Origin: a virus
Taxonomy: Duplodnaviria; Caudoviricetes
Length of the DNA: 33,456 bases
Virus record (IMG/VR): IMGVR_UViG_3300027772_000091
Span: 1 to 33,456 of that record
Direction: 5' to 3' (one strand)
The notes under the pieces are model-generated. The model worked only from the letters and a program-made list of their open reading frames with translations, did no database searches and was not told the origin of the DNA. Position 1 is the stretch's first letter, and each line of letters begins with the position of its first letter. Position numbers and translations under genes: made by a program. This document shows, in pieces, positions 1 to 7,229 of the stretch.

Positions 1-406
1 TACCAACCTGACGCTTGTACTCATCTTGGGATAGAAACACCAGTTGTTCAAGCTGCATGATTCTTGTATGGCTTGGATCACCATAAGCCCAGACTGAACT
101 CCTTGATGGACAGGTCGCAAGGAAATGACCATTTGGCTTAAGAAGTCGCCAGAACTCTGAGAACTGAGCAAAGAATAGCTTGTAGTCGCCCTGTTGTCCA
201 AGGTGTTCTAGCACCTGATAAGCATGGATTTCATCAAACTCATTGTCTTTGAATGGCAAAGGAAGACTCATCAAGTCCCAATAAACATCAGGATTGTGGT
301 CAGCGTTGTAGTCCAAAGTGGTTAGGTTATCAAAGTTTGGCGTTCCATCTACTGCCATTTTCTTTGTGTGGTTAGACCCACAACCAATCAAAAGTTCTTT
401 TTTCAT
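1..406 (-). CDS. Class I SAM-dependent methyltransferase (Methyltransf_11-like), 3' end runs off the window
   Basis: Not in the ORF track; translated by hand from ATG at 406: MKKELLIGCGSNHTKK...TLDYNADHNPDVYWDLMSLPLPFKDNEFDEIHAYQVLEHL...FWRLLKPNGHFLATCP...GDPSHTR. Shows motif I (LIGCG), LPF.D..FD.I.A..VLEH and RLLKPNG. Confidence 0.85.
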   Translation of the reverse strand, partial: MKKELLIGCGSNHTKKMAVDGTPNFDNLTTLDYNADHNPDVYWDLMSLPLPFKDNEFDEIHAYQVLEHLGQQGDYKLFFAQFSEFWRLLKPNGHFLATCPSRSSVWAYGDPSHTRIMQLEQLVFLSQDEYKRQVG

Positions 407-416
407 AATTAATTCA

Positions 417-569
417 TCAGACTTCATAGTTATGTTCGTACAACTCTATGCACCTAAACAAAGCATAGTAAACAAGACGGCAATCACCATTCTGTTCAAA
501 CGTATCAATTGCCAAGTTTTTCCAAACTACTCGTTCAATCCATCTTTCTAGTTTGTATGGTTCAATCAT
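417..569 (-). CDS. Hypothetical protein (50 aa)
   Basis: ATG at 569 overlaps the end of the upstream gene; fills the gap in a co-oriented operon. Confidence 0.5.
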   Translation of the reverse strand: MIEPYKLERWIERVVWKNLAIDTFEQNGDCRLVYYALFRCIELYEHNYEV

Positions 570-1140
570 TTGTTTTTTGCTCCGCTTCTTGCGCTGCAAT
601 CATGGCTTGCTTGCGTAATGTTTTTTTAGCTTTAGATTGAACTTCGTCTTTAGCCATCAAATAATTCAGGTCAACACCAGTAATTTCTGCCAACTTTATA
701 AAAGTCTTTAGTTTTGGTTGAGTTCTTGTTTTGATGTCGTCAAATGTCTCCCAATGAGCAATTGCAGATTCTGTTACGCCAATCATTTCTCCCAAATTTT
801 TACGGGTAAGTTTTAAATTTGTTCTGGTTTCAAATATACGAAAAGCAATTAAATCTTCTGTGTTGTTAATTGGCATTCGTCTTCTTTGTTCAGCTAAAAT
901 TTGAAGGCGGTGTTTTTCTTGCCTACTTGTGTACCATTTAATAACTTCATTTTTATCGTAAAACTTCTTTCCAGCAGTTATAAGTTTAGGTTTTGGGAAG
1001 TTATGCCTATCCCAACTTGCATGATGTTTTAAAGTTGAACGACCAACACCCATCATGTCTGCAATTTCATCTGGCAAGTAAAGCGGATTTCTGTTTGCAA
1101 TTTTATTTTTAATTGCATTTGCCATTGAATATCTATTCAT
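562..1140 (-). CDS. Two-domain DNA-binding regulator: N-terminal AlpA/Xis-like wHTH plus C-terminal XRE-family HTH
   Basis: N-term EIADMMGVGRSTL...FPKP...KFYDKNEVIKW; C-term LTRKNLGEMIGVTESAIAHWE...PKLKTFIKLAEITGVDLNYL. Confidence 0.75.
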   Translation of the reverse strand: MNRYSMANAIKNKIANRNPLYLPDEIADMMGVGRSTLKHHASWDRHNFPKPKLITAGKKFYDKNEVIKWYTSRQEKHRLQILAEQRRRMPINNTEDLIAFRIFETRTNLKLTRKNLGEMIGVTESAIAHWETFDDIKTRTQPKLKTFIKLAEITGVDLNYLMAKDEVQSKAKKTLRKQAMIAAQEAEQKTND

Positions 1141-1370
1141 ACATCCTCCAACTTGTAGTTCAGCTTGTGATACTGGAACCGCATGGCTCCCTCCATCTCT
1201 AGCTCTTTAAACTGCTCATCAGAAAGAATGCCAATGACATCACGTCCCTCGAACCAAATCTCTCTAATGGATTCGTTGTAGGTTGAGTCTTGGTCTTGCT
1301 CGTATTCGTAAACGACTGTTACGACTTCGCTACCTGCACCTACTGTTGTGTCAAATTCCCATGTGTTCAT
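1137..1370 (-). CDS. Hypothetical acidic phage protein
   Basis: 77-aa ORF with SD AGGAG upstream; stop overlaps the next ATG (ATGA). Confidence 0.75.
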   Translation of the reverse strand: MNTWEFDTTVGAGSEVVTVVYEYEQDQDSTYNESIREIWFEGRDVIGILSDEQFKELEMEGAMRFQYHKLNYKLEDV

Positions 1371-1393
1371 AATTTACTCCTGTTAAAAATTAA

Positions 1394-1436
1394 ATCTTAC
1401 CTAATTGTTTGTGTAATACCATAGGGACTTACCCTA
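1394..1436 (-). promoter_or_regulatory. Putative promoter (-10 TAAGAT) with upstream palindrome TAGGG-N5-CCCTA
   Basis: TAAGAT at 1399-1394; inverted repeat at 1422-1436; a related palindrome lies at 3437-3456. Confidence 0.45.
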
Positions 1437-1695
1437 ATGTTGCGATCATTCTCAATGCTGCTTCTGGGTTGTCAATCCTTGCCAATGTGCCACCAGCCCA
1501 ATTCTCAAAAAAGTCTGTTTGTAGCTTAGTAAACTTCTTTTTAGAGTTTGTCTTGATCTCAACCAGAAAGGTGTGACCCTTGTATCCAACCAACAGATCA
1601 ACTGGCAGACCAATGATCCACACGTAAGCGCCAGCAGCCCTCAATGCAGACACGATTTGCTCTTGGTTAGCATCAACTCTAGCGGCATATCTCAT
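1429..1695 (-). CDS. VRR-NUC / PD-(D/E)xK nuclease (Holliday-junction resolvase-like)
   Basis: RVDANQ..IV.ALR..GA.V...G.PVDLLVGY.G.TFLVEIK...T..Q..F..W pattern. Confidence 0.8.
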   Translation of the reverse strand: MRYAARVDANQEQIVSALRAAGAYVWIIGLPVDLLVGYKGHTFLVEIKTNSKKKFTKLQTDFFENWAGGTLARIDNPEAALRMIATLG

Positions 1696-1904
1696 AGAAG
1701 TGTTCCATCTTTAATTCGGTTCATGTATTCTCGGATTCTGTCTCTAGCACCTATGCCATAGATTCTTTCGGCTCTCTCAAGTCTGCCACGCACAAAGTCT
1801 CTATCTTTGTTTGTCTCCCAAGTGCGGTAAAGTTCCCTTGCTTCTGCTTGCTCTAGGATCACTCTATCGCTCGGGCCTTGAATGTTACGTCTGCTCCAAG
1901 TCAC
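1692..1904 (-). CDS. Hypothetical protein
   Basis: 70-aa ORF coupled to the downstream gene by an ATGA overlap; start uncertain. Confidence 0.6.
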   Translation of the reverse strand: MTWSRRNIQGPSDRVILEQAEARELYRTWETNKDRDFVRGRLERAERIYGIGARDRIREYMNRIKDGTLL

Positions 1905-1998
1905 CAGTTAACTCCAATGCTTTGTTTATCAGATGTATCGGAAATGGTACGCCTTCCTTAACTCTGTCTAGCAGTCTCATGGCTTCAAAGTAGTTCAT
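1885..1998 (-). CDS. Small hypothetical protein (37 aa, MNYFEAMRLLDRVKEGVPFPIHLINKALELTGDLEQT)
   Basis: Below the ORF-track cutoff; ATG overlaps the initiator's TGA (ATGA) and fills the gap exactly. Confidence 0.6.
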   Translation of the reverse strand: MNYFEAMRLLDRVKEGVPFPIHLINKALELTGDLEQT

Positions 1999-2762
1999 GC
2001 TTTTTGCCTTATTTGAGCCATCCTAGCCAATACTTCTAGCGGAATAGGTGCGGCTTTTTTTGCGTCTTCCTCAATCTTTATCAAAGCAAGGTTAGGCTCA
2101 TTCTTTGAAGGGACTGTGGTCCTACCAACGTCATAGGGATTTGGCTTAACAGCTTTGGTGTTTCTAACCCAATTACGCCAAGTAGCATCCCAATCCAACT
2201 TAACACCCTTTTGACCAGGTTGAGATATCCAATAGTCTTTAAATTGTTCAGCAACTTGACGAACATCTATGTCAGGTCTTTCCTGAATAGCCCAATCTCC
2301 CATTGATTTATTGAGAAACCAATCTTGAGATAGGCGTGAGCCTTTCTTGTTCTCTTTAATTGGTTTATGGTTAATGGTTAGTGGTTTATGGTTAGGGTTA
2401 TTTTGGCTTTCATCTGGCAACCCAGAAATAACCGACTGGGTTTTCTTTGGCCTACCGCCTAGCTTCCCGTTGTTCTTGTTTTTCTCAACTTGCTCATGGT
2501 AGTCTTTAATCTCTACTTCAATGCGTTTGTGTTCATATCCTTTTTTGCCTAAAACAAAGAAATCTGACAACACATTTTGAAGAAAAATAACCTCGTCAGA
2601 ACCCAAACGTAAGCGCCTGATAACCATTTGGGTTTCCTCTGGAATTGGTTGTTCATCAAGGTAATACCAATCAATCAACTGGCGATAGATGCCATGTTCA
2701 ATGGTTGATAAATGACCAGTATCTTTACGATAATCCGCAATGTTAAATTTGTAATAGTGCAT
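1995..2762 (-). CDS. Phage replication initiator, DUF1376/YdaU family (lambda O-like role)
   Basis: MHYYKFNIADY..DT.HLS..EHGIYR.LID.YY..E.P; 'NGKLGGRP' linker; C-terminal F.DYW...K.DW.ATWRNWVR. ATG 2762 preferred because a GGAG SD precedes it. Confidence 0.85.
   Translation of the reverse strand: MHYYKFNIADYRKDTGHLSTIEHGIYRQLIDWYYLDEQPIPEETQMVIRRLRLGSDEVIFLQNVLSDFFVLGKKGYEHKRIEVEIKDYHEQVEKNKNNGKLGGRPKKTQSVISGLPDESQNNPNHKPLTINHKPIKENKKGSRLSQDWFLNKSMGDWAIQERPDIDVRQVAEQFKDYWISQPGQKGVKLDWDATWRNWVRNTKAVKPNPYDVGRTTVPSKNEPNLALIKIEEDAKKAAPIPLEVLARMAQIRQKA
2361..2400. repeat. Five tandem 7-bp repeats TGGTT(T/A)(A/G) inside the initiator gene; probable origin iterons
   Basis: TGGTTTA TGGTTAA TGGTTAG TGGTTTA TGGTTAG GGTTA; the period of 7 is not a codon multiple. 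Confidence 0.65.
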
Positions 2763-2796
2763 GGCACTTCTCCGCAAATCTCCCAAAAAGAAACTG

Positions 2797-2848
2797 CGGC
2801 AGGAGGGGAGTTCTCTCTTCAGTTGGGTAGCTACCCCCAACCTAGCCG
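2797..2848 (-). ncRNA. Candidate structured 5' leader RNA of the initiator gene
   Basis: CGGC-U-AGG...CCU-GCCG closing stem; inner UUGGG/CCCAA hairpin; second arm carries CUCCC, complementary to downstream GGGAG. Confidence 0.45.
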
Positions 2849-2859
2849 TGTTTCAAAAC

Positions 2860-2888
2860 ATTGTATCAAATAAATTGATTGTTGGTAA
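2860..2888 (-). promoter_or_regulatory. Sigma70-type promoter TTACCA-N17-TACAAT with extended -10 (TGn)
   Basis: -35 TTACCA at 2888-2883; 17-nt spacer; TGA-TACAAT at 2868-2860. Confidence 0.6.
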
Positions 2889-3228
2889 TTTCGTTTGTTG
2901 GTTTTCTGCCAAACAAACGAACAGCCTGGGCGTTCATAGAAGCATACTCAGCCTTGGTAAAGATTCCTTGTGCGTTTCTGATGTCAAACGGGTTTAGCAG
3001 ATCACGAGGCTCTTCCACCTTTTCAGCCTCAATCATGTGTGGCGCTAAAGTGTACTGAGAAACCCAAGAACGGCCCATCTTAATTTTTCCAATTTTTAAT
3101 TTCTTCTTGTAGCTCATTTTTGTGCAACAAGCTGCAATAGACAGTCTTGGTATGCCAGTTAAGTCTTCTATTTGGTAGGACGTAAGTGGTCCATTTTGTA
3201 ATGCTCTGATAACTGCTTCTTGGGTCAT
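2866..3228 (-). CDS. Putative winged-HTH DNA-binding protein
   Basis: VIRALQNGPLTSYQIEDLTGIPRLSIAACCTKM wHTH-like pattern; ATG 3228 overlaps the upstream stop. Confidence 0.6.
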   Translation of the reverse strand: MTQEAVIRALQNGPLTSYQIEDLTGIPRLSIAACCTKMSYKKKLKIGKIKMGRSWVSQYTLAPHMIEAEKVEEPRDLLNPFDIRNAQGIFTKAEYASMNAQAVRLFGRKPTNEITNNQFI

Positions 3229-3410
3229 TGGTAAAGTTCCTGGATGTTGATAGGGCGGTTTATGTGGTTTTCTAGTGTTCTGCAAAGCAAAGCTACAACT
3301 GCGGCATTGAAGTCCTCTGGTTCGGTTACGTAAGCATTAGCCATTGTGATTGCGTAATCAAGCAATGTCTCTGCACAAGTTTGTTCAATTTGTTCGATGT
3401 TCATACGCAA
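3225..3410 (-). CDS. Hypothetical protein
   Basis: First gene of the leftward early operon; start may be the ATG at 3404. Confidence 0.6.
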   Translation of the reverse strand: MRMNIEQIEQTCAETLLDYAITMANAYVTEPEDFNAAVVALLCRTLENHINRPINIQELYQ

Positions 3411-3436
3411 ATGGTAGTGTTGTTTTTAAGTCTGTC

Positions 3437-3483
3437 TATTAGGGTTTATCCTAATATAAAAAGATAAAATGTTGTGGCACATT
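3437..3483 (+). promoter_or_regulatory. Divergent control region: palindrome TATTAGG-N6-CCTAATA and putative extended -10 TG-G-CACATT
   Basis: Perfect 7-bp inverted repeat at 3437-3456 in the AT-rich intergenic region between divergent operons. Confidence 0.5.
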
Positions 3484-3535
3484 ATGGATGTGGGCAACAA
3501 AAAACCCACATTTTAATAAACAAACAGGAGTGAAT

Positions 3536-3718
3536 ATGAAGACATTGTTTGAACAGTACAGAGATCAATTTGCAGACATTCCGTACTGCTGCTATTGCTT
3601 AGAACCAAAAGGCGAAAGCTGGTCTTGTTGCGATGAAAACCACTTTATCGAGTTTAAAGACTTAGATATTGAGGATCAAAAAGAAATCATTAATGCTGAA
3701 CTAGATGGAAATACATAA
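3536..3718 (+). CDS. Small Cys-rich, putative Zn-binding protein
   Basis: YCCYC...SCCDENH; SD AGGAG precedes ATG 3536. Confidence 0.7.
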   Translation: MKTLFEQYRDQFADIPYCCYCLEPKGESWSCCDENHFIEFKDLDIEDQKEIINAELDGNT

Positions 3719-3727
3719 GGAAATATC

Positions 3728-4345
3728 ATGGGTGTACATAAAAAACTAACACAAGCAAGGATTGCCTTGCAAGCGGCTCCACTAAAGAAGTCAGGCCACA
3801 ACAAGTTTGCAGGCTATCAGTACTTTGAACTTAGCGACTTTCTGCCAACAATAAACACAATCTTTTATAATTTGGGTTTATGTAGCGTAATTTCTTTTGA
3901 TAAAGATTTAGCTACCATGTGTATCACAGATACAGATGATGGCTCTCAGCTCGTTCTGACGGCTCCTATGGCAGAAGCTAACCTCAAAGGTTGTCATCCC
4001 ATACAAAATTTGGGCGCTGTGATTTCTTACATTCGGAGGTACTTATATGTATCAGCCTTGGAAATTTGTGAGCATGACGCAATAGATGCTTCCCCGCCAG
4101 TAAGAGAAGAGAAGCAAGCCCCTGTGATTACGCCAACACAAGGTGCAATGGATAGCATCCCAGAAGATGAGCAGAATTATCTCAGAGAATTAGCAATGGA
4201 ATTAATTGCTATCTGCGAGAAGGAAGAACCTAAGACAGCTTGGGTAAAGTTGGAATCAGAGAACCTAGATAGCGAACAAAAAGTCGCTCTATGGACTTTG
4301 CTTCCTAGTAAAGTAAGAAGTGCATTAAAGAATGCGAAAGGTTAA
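3728..4345 (+). CDS. erf: ERF-family single-strand annealing recombinase
   Basis: KSGHNKF..YQYF.L.D; ERF signature Q.LGA..SY.RRY. Confidence 0.85.
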   Translation: MGVHKKLTQARIALQAAPLKKSGHNKFAGYQYFELSDFLPTINTIFYNLGLCSVISFDKDLATMCITDTDDGSQLVLTAPMAEANLKGCHPIQNLGAVISYIRRYLYVSALEICEHDAIDASPPVREEKQAPVITPTQGAMDSIPEDEQNYLRELAMELIAICEKEEPKTAWVKLESENLDSEQKVALWTLLPSKVRSALKNAKG

Positions 4346-4346
4346 T

Positions 4347-4586
4347 ATGGAAAAGCGTGATAACTCTGGTGTTCTGTTCAAGAACGACAAAAAAGAAATA
4401 CCAAACCACCCCGATTACAAGGGAAACATTACTGTAAATGGTCAGGACTTCTGGCTATCTGCATGGATTAAAGAAGGCAAGGGCGGCAAGTTCATGGGAC
4501 TAGCCCTTTCACCAAAAGAGCAACAAGCTCCCCCAAAAGCAAGTCCTAAGAATTCAGCATTTGATGACATGGATATGCCTTTTTAA
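4347..4586 (+). CDS. Small ssDNA-binding-like protein (DUF736-like) with acidic ...DDMDMPF tail
   Basis: GVLFKN..K...HPDYKG.I...G....LSAW; SSB-type acidic C-terminus ending in PF; next to ERF. Confidence 0.7.
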   Translation: MEKRDNSGVLFKNDKKEIPNHPDYKGNITVNGQDFWLSAWIKEGKGGKFMGLALSPKEQQAPPKASPKNSAFDDMDMPF

Positions 4587-4600
4587 GTTAATATAAACCC

Positions 4601-4656
4601 GAGGGGAGAGCTGTGCAAAGGATTTTCCTAGCTTGCAGACGAGCAGTTTTCCCCTC
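4601..4656 (+). ncRNA. Candidate structured RNA element (long bulged hairpin, no U-tract)
   Basis: 13-bp stem GAGGGGAGAGCUG/CAGUUUUCCCCUC with two G-U pairs; inner UGCAA/UUGCA and AGGA/UCCU stems. Confidence 0.5.
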
Positions 4657-4671
4657 ACCCAATAGGAGTTA

Positions 4672-5001
4672 ATGATGAATTACATAAACGGAATAAAAGA
4701 ATCAATGGAAAGATTCTTTGGTACTGCACCATTTAAGCTGGTCAGAAACCAAGACCCCACAACGAGCCATCAAGCGGCTCAAGCAGTTGATACCACCAAG
4801 CTAGAAAGTCTTGTTTATGAGGCCATTAAGAGCCATCCAGACGGGTGTATCTCAGACGAGATACTAGAGATGTATCCAAACTACCCATATTCCTCTATAA
4901 CAGCAAGGTATCGTGCTTTACTAGACAAGGATTTAATTGAAGTAACGGGTGTCAAACGTGGCAAATTTGGCAGAAACCAACGAGTGATGAAAGCGAAATA
5001 A
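4672..5001 (+). CDS. Putative wHTH DNA-binding protein
   Basis: R..DP.TSHQAA...VYEAI...G..SDEI......YSSITARY..L..K.LI..TG..R pattern; SD AGGAG. Confidence 0.7.
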   Translation: MMNYINGIKESMERFFGTAPFKLVRNQDPTTSHQAAQAVDTTKLESLVYEAIKSHPDGCISDEILEMYPNYPYSSITARYRALLDKDLIEVTGVKRGKFGRNQRVMKAK

Positions 5002-5183
5002 TGATAGAAAAACCTCCGTATTCAAAGATTAGTTATCCATCTATGCCAAACAAAGATTTCAAATGGGAATCAGGTTCAGATGTCCAGGCTATTTGGAGAA
5101 AGCATGGATGGACTCCACCCTCAGAGAAAATGCTTCCACCACCACCAGAGAAATATCAAGAGCCTTTAAGGAGAGTGAGATGA
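5001..5183 (+). CDS. Hypothetical Pro-rich protein
   Basis: Translationally coupled ORF (TAATG), 60 aa. Confidence 0.65.
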   Translation: MIEKPPYSKISYPSMPNKDFKWESGSDVQAIWRKHGWTPPSEKMLPPPPEKYQEPLRRVR

Positions 5184-5425
5184 ATAAGAATACTGTATTG
5201 CGTTCTGCTTTGAAAGAACTTGAATGGCTATCAAAAATGGATGATCCATCTGAATCATTGGTCAAAACAGTCAAAGATATTAAGTCTGTATTAAAAGCCC
5301 CAAAACATAGATGGCAAGGTTTTACAGCAGATGAGTTTGTTTATTTTTGCTCTTATGTTGACCATGAGACTCTTGACCAAATTGAAAATACTTTAAGGAA
5401 AAGAAATGAGTTATGCAGCAATTGA
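5180..5425 (+). CDS. Hypothetical protein
   Basis: ATG 5180 overlaps the upstream TGA, with AAGGAG SD; contains WQGFTADE...IE..LR.RN. Confidence 0.65.
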   Translation: MNKNTVLRSALKELEWLSKMDDPSESLVKTVKDIKSVLKAPKHRWQGFTADEFVYFCSYVDHETLDQIENTLRKRNELCSN

Positions 5426-5714
5426 AATAAAGATTTTGCAATGGTCTGAAGCACGTAAGATCATTCCTAATAGCAACCCAGAGTCTCAGCTACTCAAGGC
5501 TGTCTCTGAAATAGGAGAACTAGCAGATGCCACAATTAAAAAGGATAAAGAAGCTATTGTGGATTCTGTTGGTGATGTCATGGTCTGTCTTATTAACTAC
5601 TGCGCTCTTCAGGACATCAATCTGGTAGACTGTATGGAAATAGCATACGATCAGATCAAGAATCGTAGGGGTACTCTTTTGCCCAACGGAGTGTTCCAAA
5701 AGGATTCTACTTAG
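5406..5714 (+). CDS. mazG: MazG-like NTP pyrophosphohydrolase
   Basis: QLLKAVSEIGELADA...IVDSVGDVMVCL...C...AY..IK.R.G...NG.F.K. Confidence 0.85.
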   Translation: MSYAAIEIKILQWSEARKIIPNSNPESQLLKAVSEIGELADATIKKDKEAIVDSVGDVMVCLINYCALQDINLVDCMEIAYDQIKNRRGTLLPNGVFQKDST

Positions 5715-5850
5715 CTAATAAGTACAGCCCGACATTTGAGAAGGCATAACCCGCATACACAATAGCCATGTGTGGATTATCTTTCCAGAGCTGTTCACCA
5801 GCGATATAGGCATAGATTGCCCCCGTGAGGATGATTAGCCAAGCACTCAA
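5707..5850 (-). CDS. Small two-TM membrane protein (47 aa)
   Basis: Translated by hand: MSAWLIILTGAIYAYIAGEQLWKDNPHMAIVYAGYAFSNVGLYLLAK; TTG start overlaps the phosphoesterase stop. Confidence 0.6.
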   Translation of the reverse strand: MSAWLIILTGAIYAYIAGEQLWKDNPHMAIVYAGYAFSNVGLYLLAK

Positions 5851-6833
5851 AATGCACCTACATCAACAACCTCACCCCGAAACTGAACCATGTCCTCATC
5901 AAACTTGTGGACTAACTCAGGCCATAGTAGCTGTCCATTAAAGAAATTAAGCACCGCAAAGCCTGATCTGTGGTTATTGGGATTTATCTCAGCATAGGTA
6001 AATTGTGGGCCATCAGTCTCAGCTAAAGTCCCTGTATCTACACCATACCTAATCCCGTTGTAGTCGTTAAATGGAGTGACTTTAAGGCTATGCAAGTGTC
6101 CAGTAACTATTGACACACCAGCGTTTACTGTATTGTTATGAGTAGCATGAACACCACCCTTGTATCGGTGTTTGATAATCACATCCTCAGTAGGCCATAC
6201 CGCCCAACAGAACTCCCAATCAAGGAAGTGGTCTGTCAGTTTAAAACCCAATACTTCTTTAAATTGTGGTGCGTGTTGAGCTAAACGATTACCAAATCTA
6301 ACATCGTGATTACCCCATGTCCACAGTAGCTTTACATTGTTCCTTGCTGCTTTAGCGGCCTCTTCTATCTCACCCAATGCACCCTGACAAGCCTTTAGTT
6401 CCTGAATAACAGTAGTCGATGGTTGTTCAGTTACATCGTGTCTTGATATAGACGCACCATCAAAAGCATCCCCATTACAGATGATAGCTTTGGGCTTGAA
6501 CTCTTGGATAGCCCACAAAAGCCCTTTAAATGCTGTTGTTCGTTGACTAGGTATGAAGTGAGCATCTGAGAAGACTATGACAGTCCCATCTAGGATGCCA
6601 AGTTCTACTTGTTTTAAAGGAGAGAAAGACTTGGGTCTGTTTTTGTTATACAAATCCCCTCTATGGTCTTTCGCATTGAGGGTCATGTTGTAGGTTTTTT
6701 CAATCCACCTTCTGCGTAAATGAACTGCCCTGTTATTTATACCAAGGTGTTCTGCCATTCTTTGTGCAGATTGAAGTTGACCCCATAACTGGATGAACTC
6801 CATGTCAGTACAGGTTTCATTATGAGCGCCCAT
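5847..6833 (-). CDS. Calcineurin-like metallophosphoesterase with N-terminal HTH-like segment
   Basis: SDAH, NGDAFD, WGNHD, IKH and TGHLH motifs in canonical order. Confidence 0.85.
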   Translation of the reverse strand: MGAHNETCTDMEFIQLWGQLQSAQRMAEHLGINNRAVHLRRRWIEKTYNMTLNAKDHRGDLYNKNRPKSFSPLKQVELGILDGTVIVFSDAHFIPSQRTTAFKGLLWAIQEFKPKAIICNGDAFDGASISRHDVTEQPSTTVIQELKACQGALGEIEEAAKAARNNVKLLWTWGNHDVRFGNRLAQHAPQFKEVLGFKLTDHFLDWEFCWAVWPTEDVIIKHRYKGGVHATHNNTVNAGVSIVTGHLHSLKVTPFNDYNGIRYGVDTGTLAETDGPQFTYAEINPNNHRSGFAVLNFFNGQLLWPELVHKFDEDMVQFRGEVVDVGAF

Positions 6834-7194
6834 TGGAATCCTTAAACAATAGCTTTTCTAGCAAATTGATAACCCTATGCTCTTGCATTTCAATCTCATC
6901 TTGAGATGATTTGGGGTCTTGTGCCACAGTCATTAAGTCATGTAGAAACACATGAAGTAACTCATGCAAAGCAGTCTGATCCAGAGATTCTGGAGTGACT
7001 TTCTCAGCACCAAAATCACCCAAACGATAAACAGCAAGTCTTGCAGCAGGAGTGAACTCAACAGAAGCCATAGCAGACTTCGCCGCCTTGCTTCCTCTCT
7101 CTATTCTCCAATCACCCAAACTCAGCACTTGTTGCCACTTTTTGACACTTTGTGCGAACAGTTCTGCGTGTTCTGGCGTAGGAATGTTAGACAT
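6820..7194 (-). CDS. Small HExxH zinc-metallopeptidase-like protein
   Basis: TALHELLHVF followed by a downstream EH. Confidence 0.65.
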   Translation of the reverse strand: MSNIPTPEHAELFAQSVKKWQQVLSLGDWRIERGSKAAKSAMASVEFTPAARLAVYRLGDFGAEKVTPESLDQTALHELLHVFLHDLMTVAQDPKSSQDEIEMQEHRVINLLEKLLFKDSNGRS

Positions 7195-7229
7195 TACAAC
7201 ACCTTATACAGTATTTATGACAATTTAAT

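Noticed and set aside
2804-2822. CUGAAGA in the initiator leader resembles the hammerhead ribozyme core CUGANGA
   Set aside because: No GAAA follows the putative stem II and no matching stem III/NUH arrangement can be built
2763-2840. 26-aa N-terminal extension of the initiator given in the ORF track
   Set aside because: Family similarity begins at MHYY (2762), which has its own SD; the extension lies within the structured leader
3488-3511. Hairpin ATGTGGG-N10-CCCACAT followed by TTT as a terminator
   Set aside because: It has a large loop and short U-tract and lies at the probable 5' end of the rightward transcript; more likely a leader hairpin, not callable
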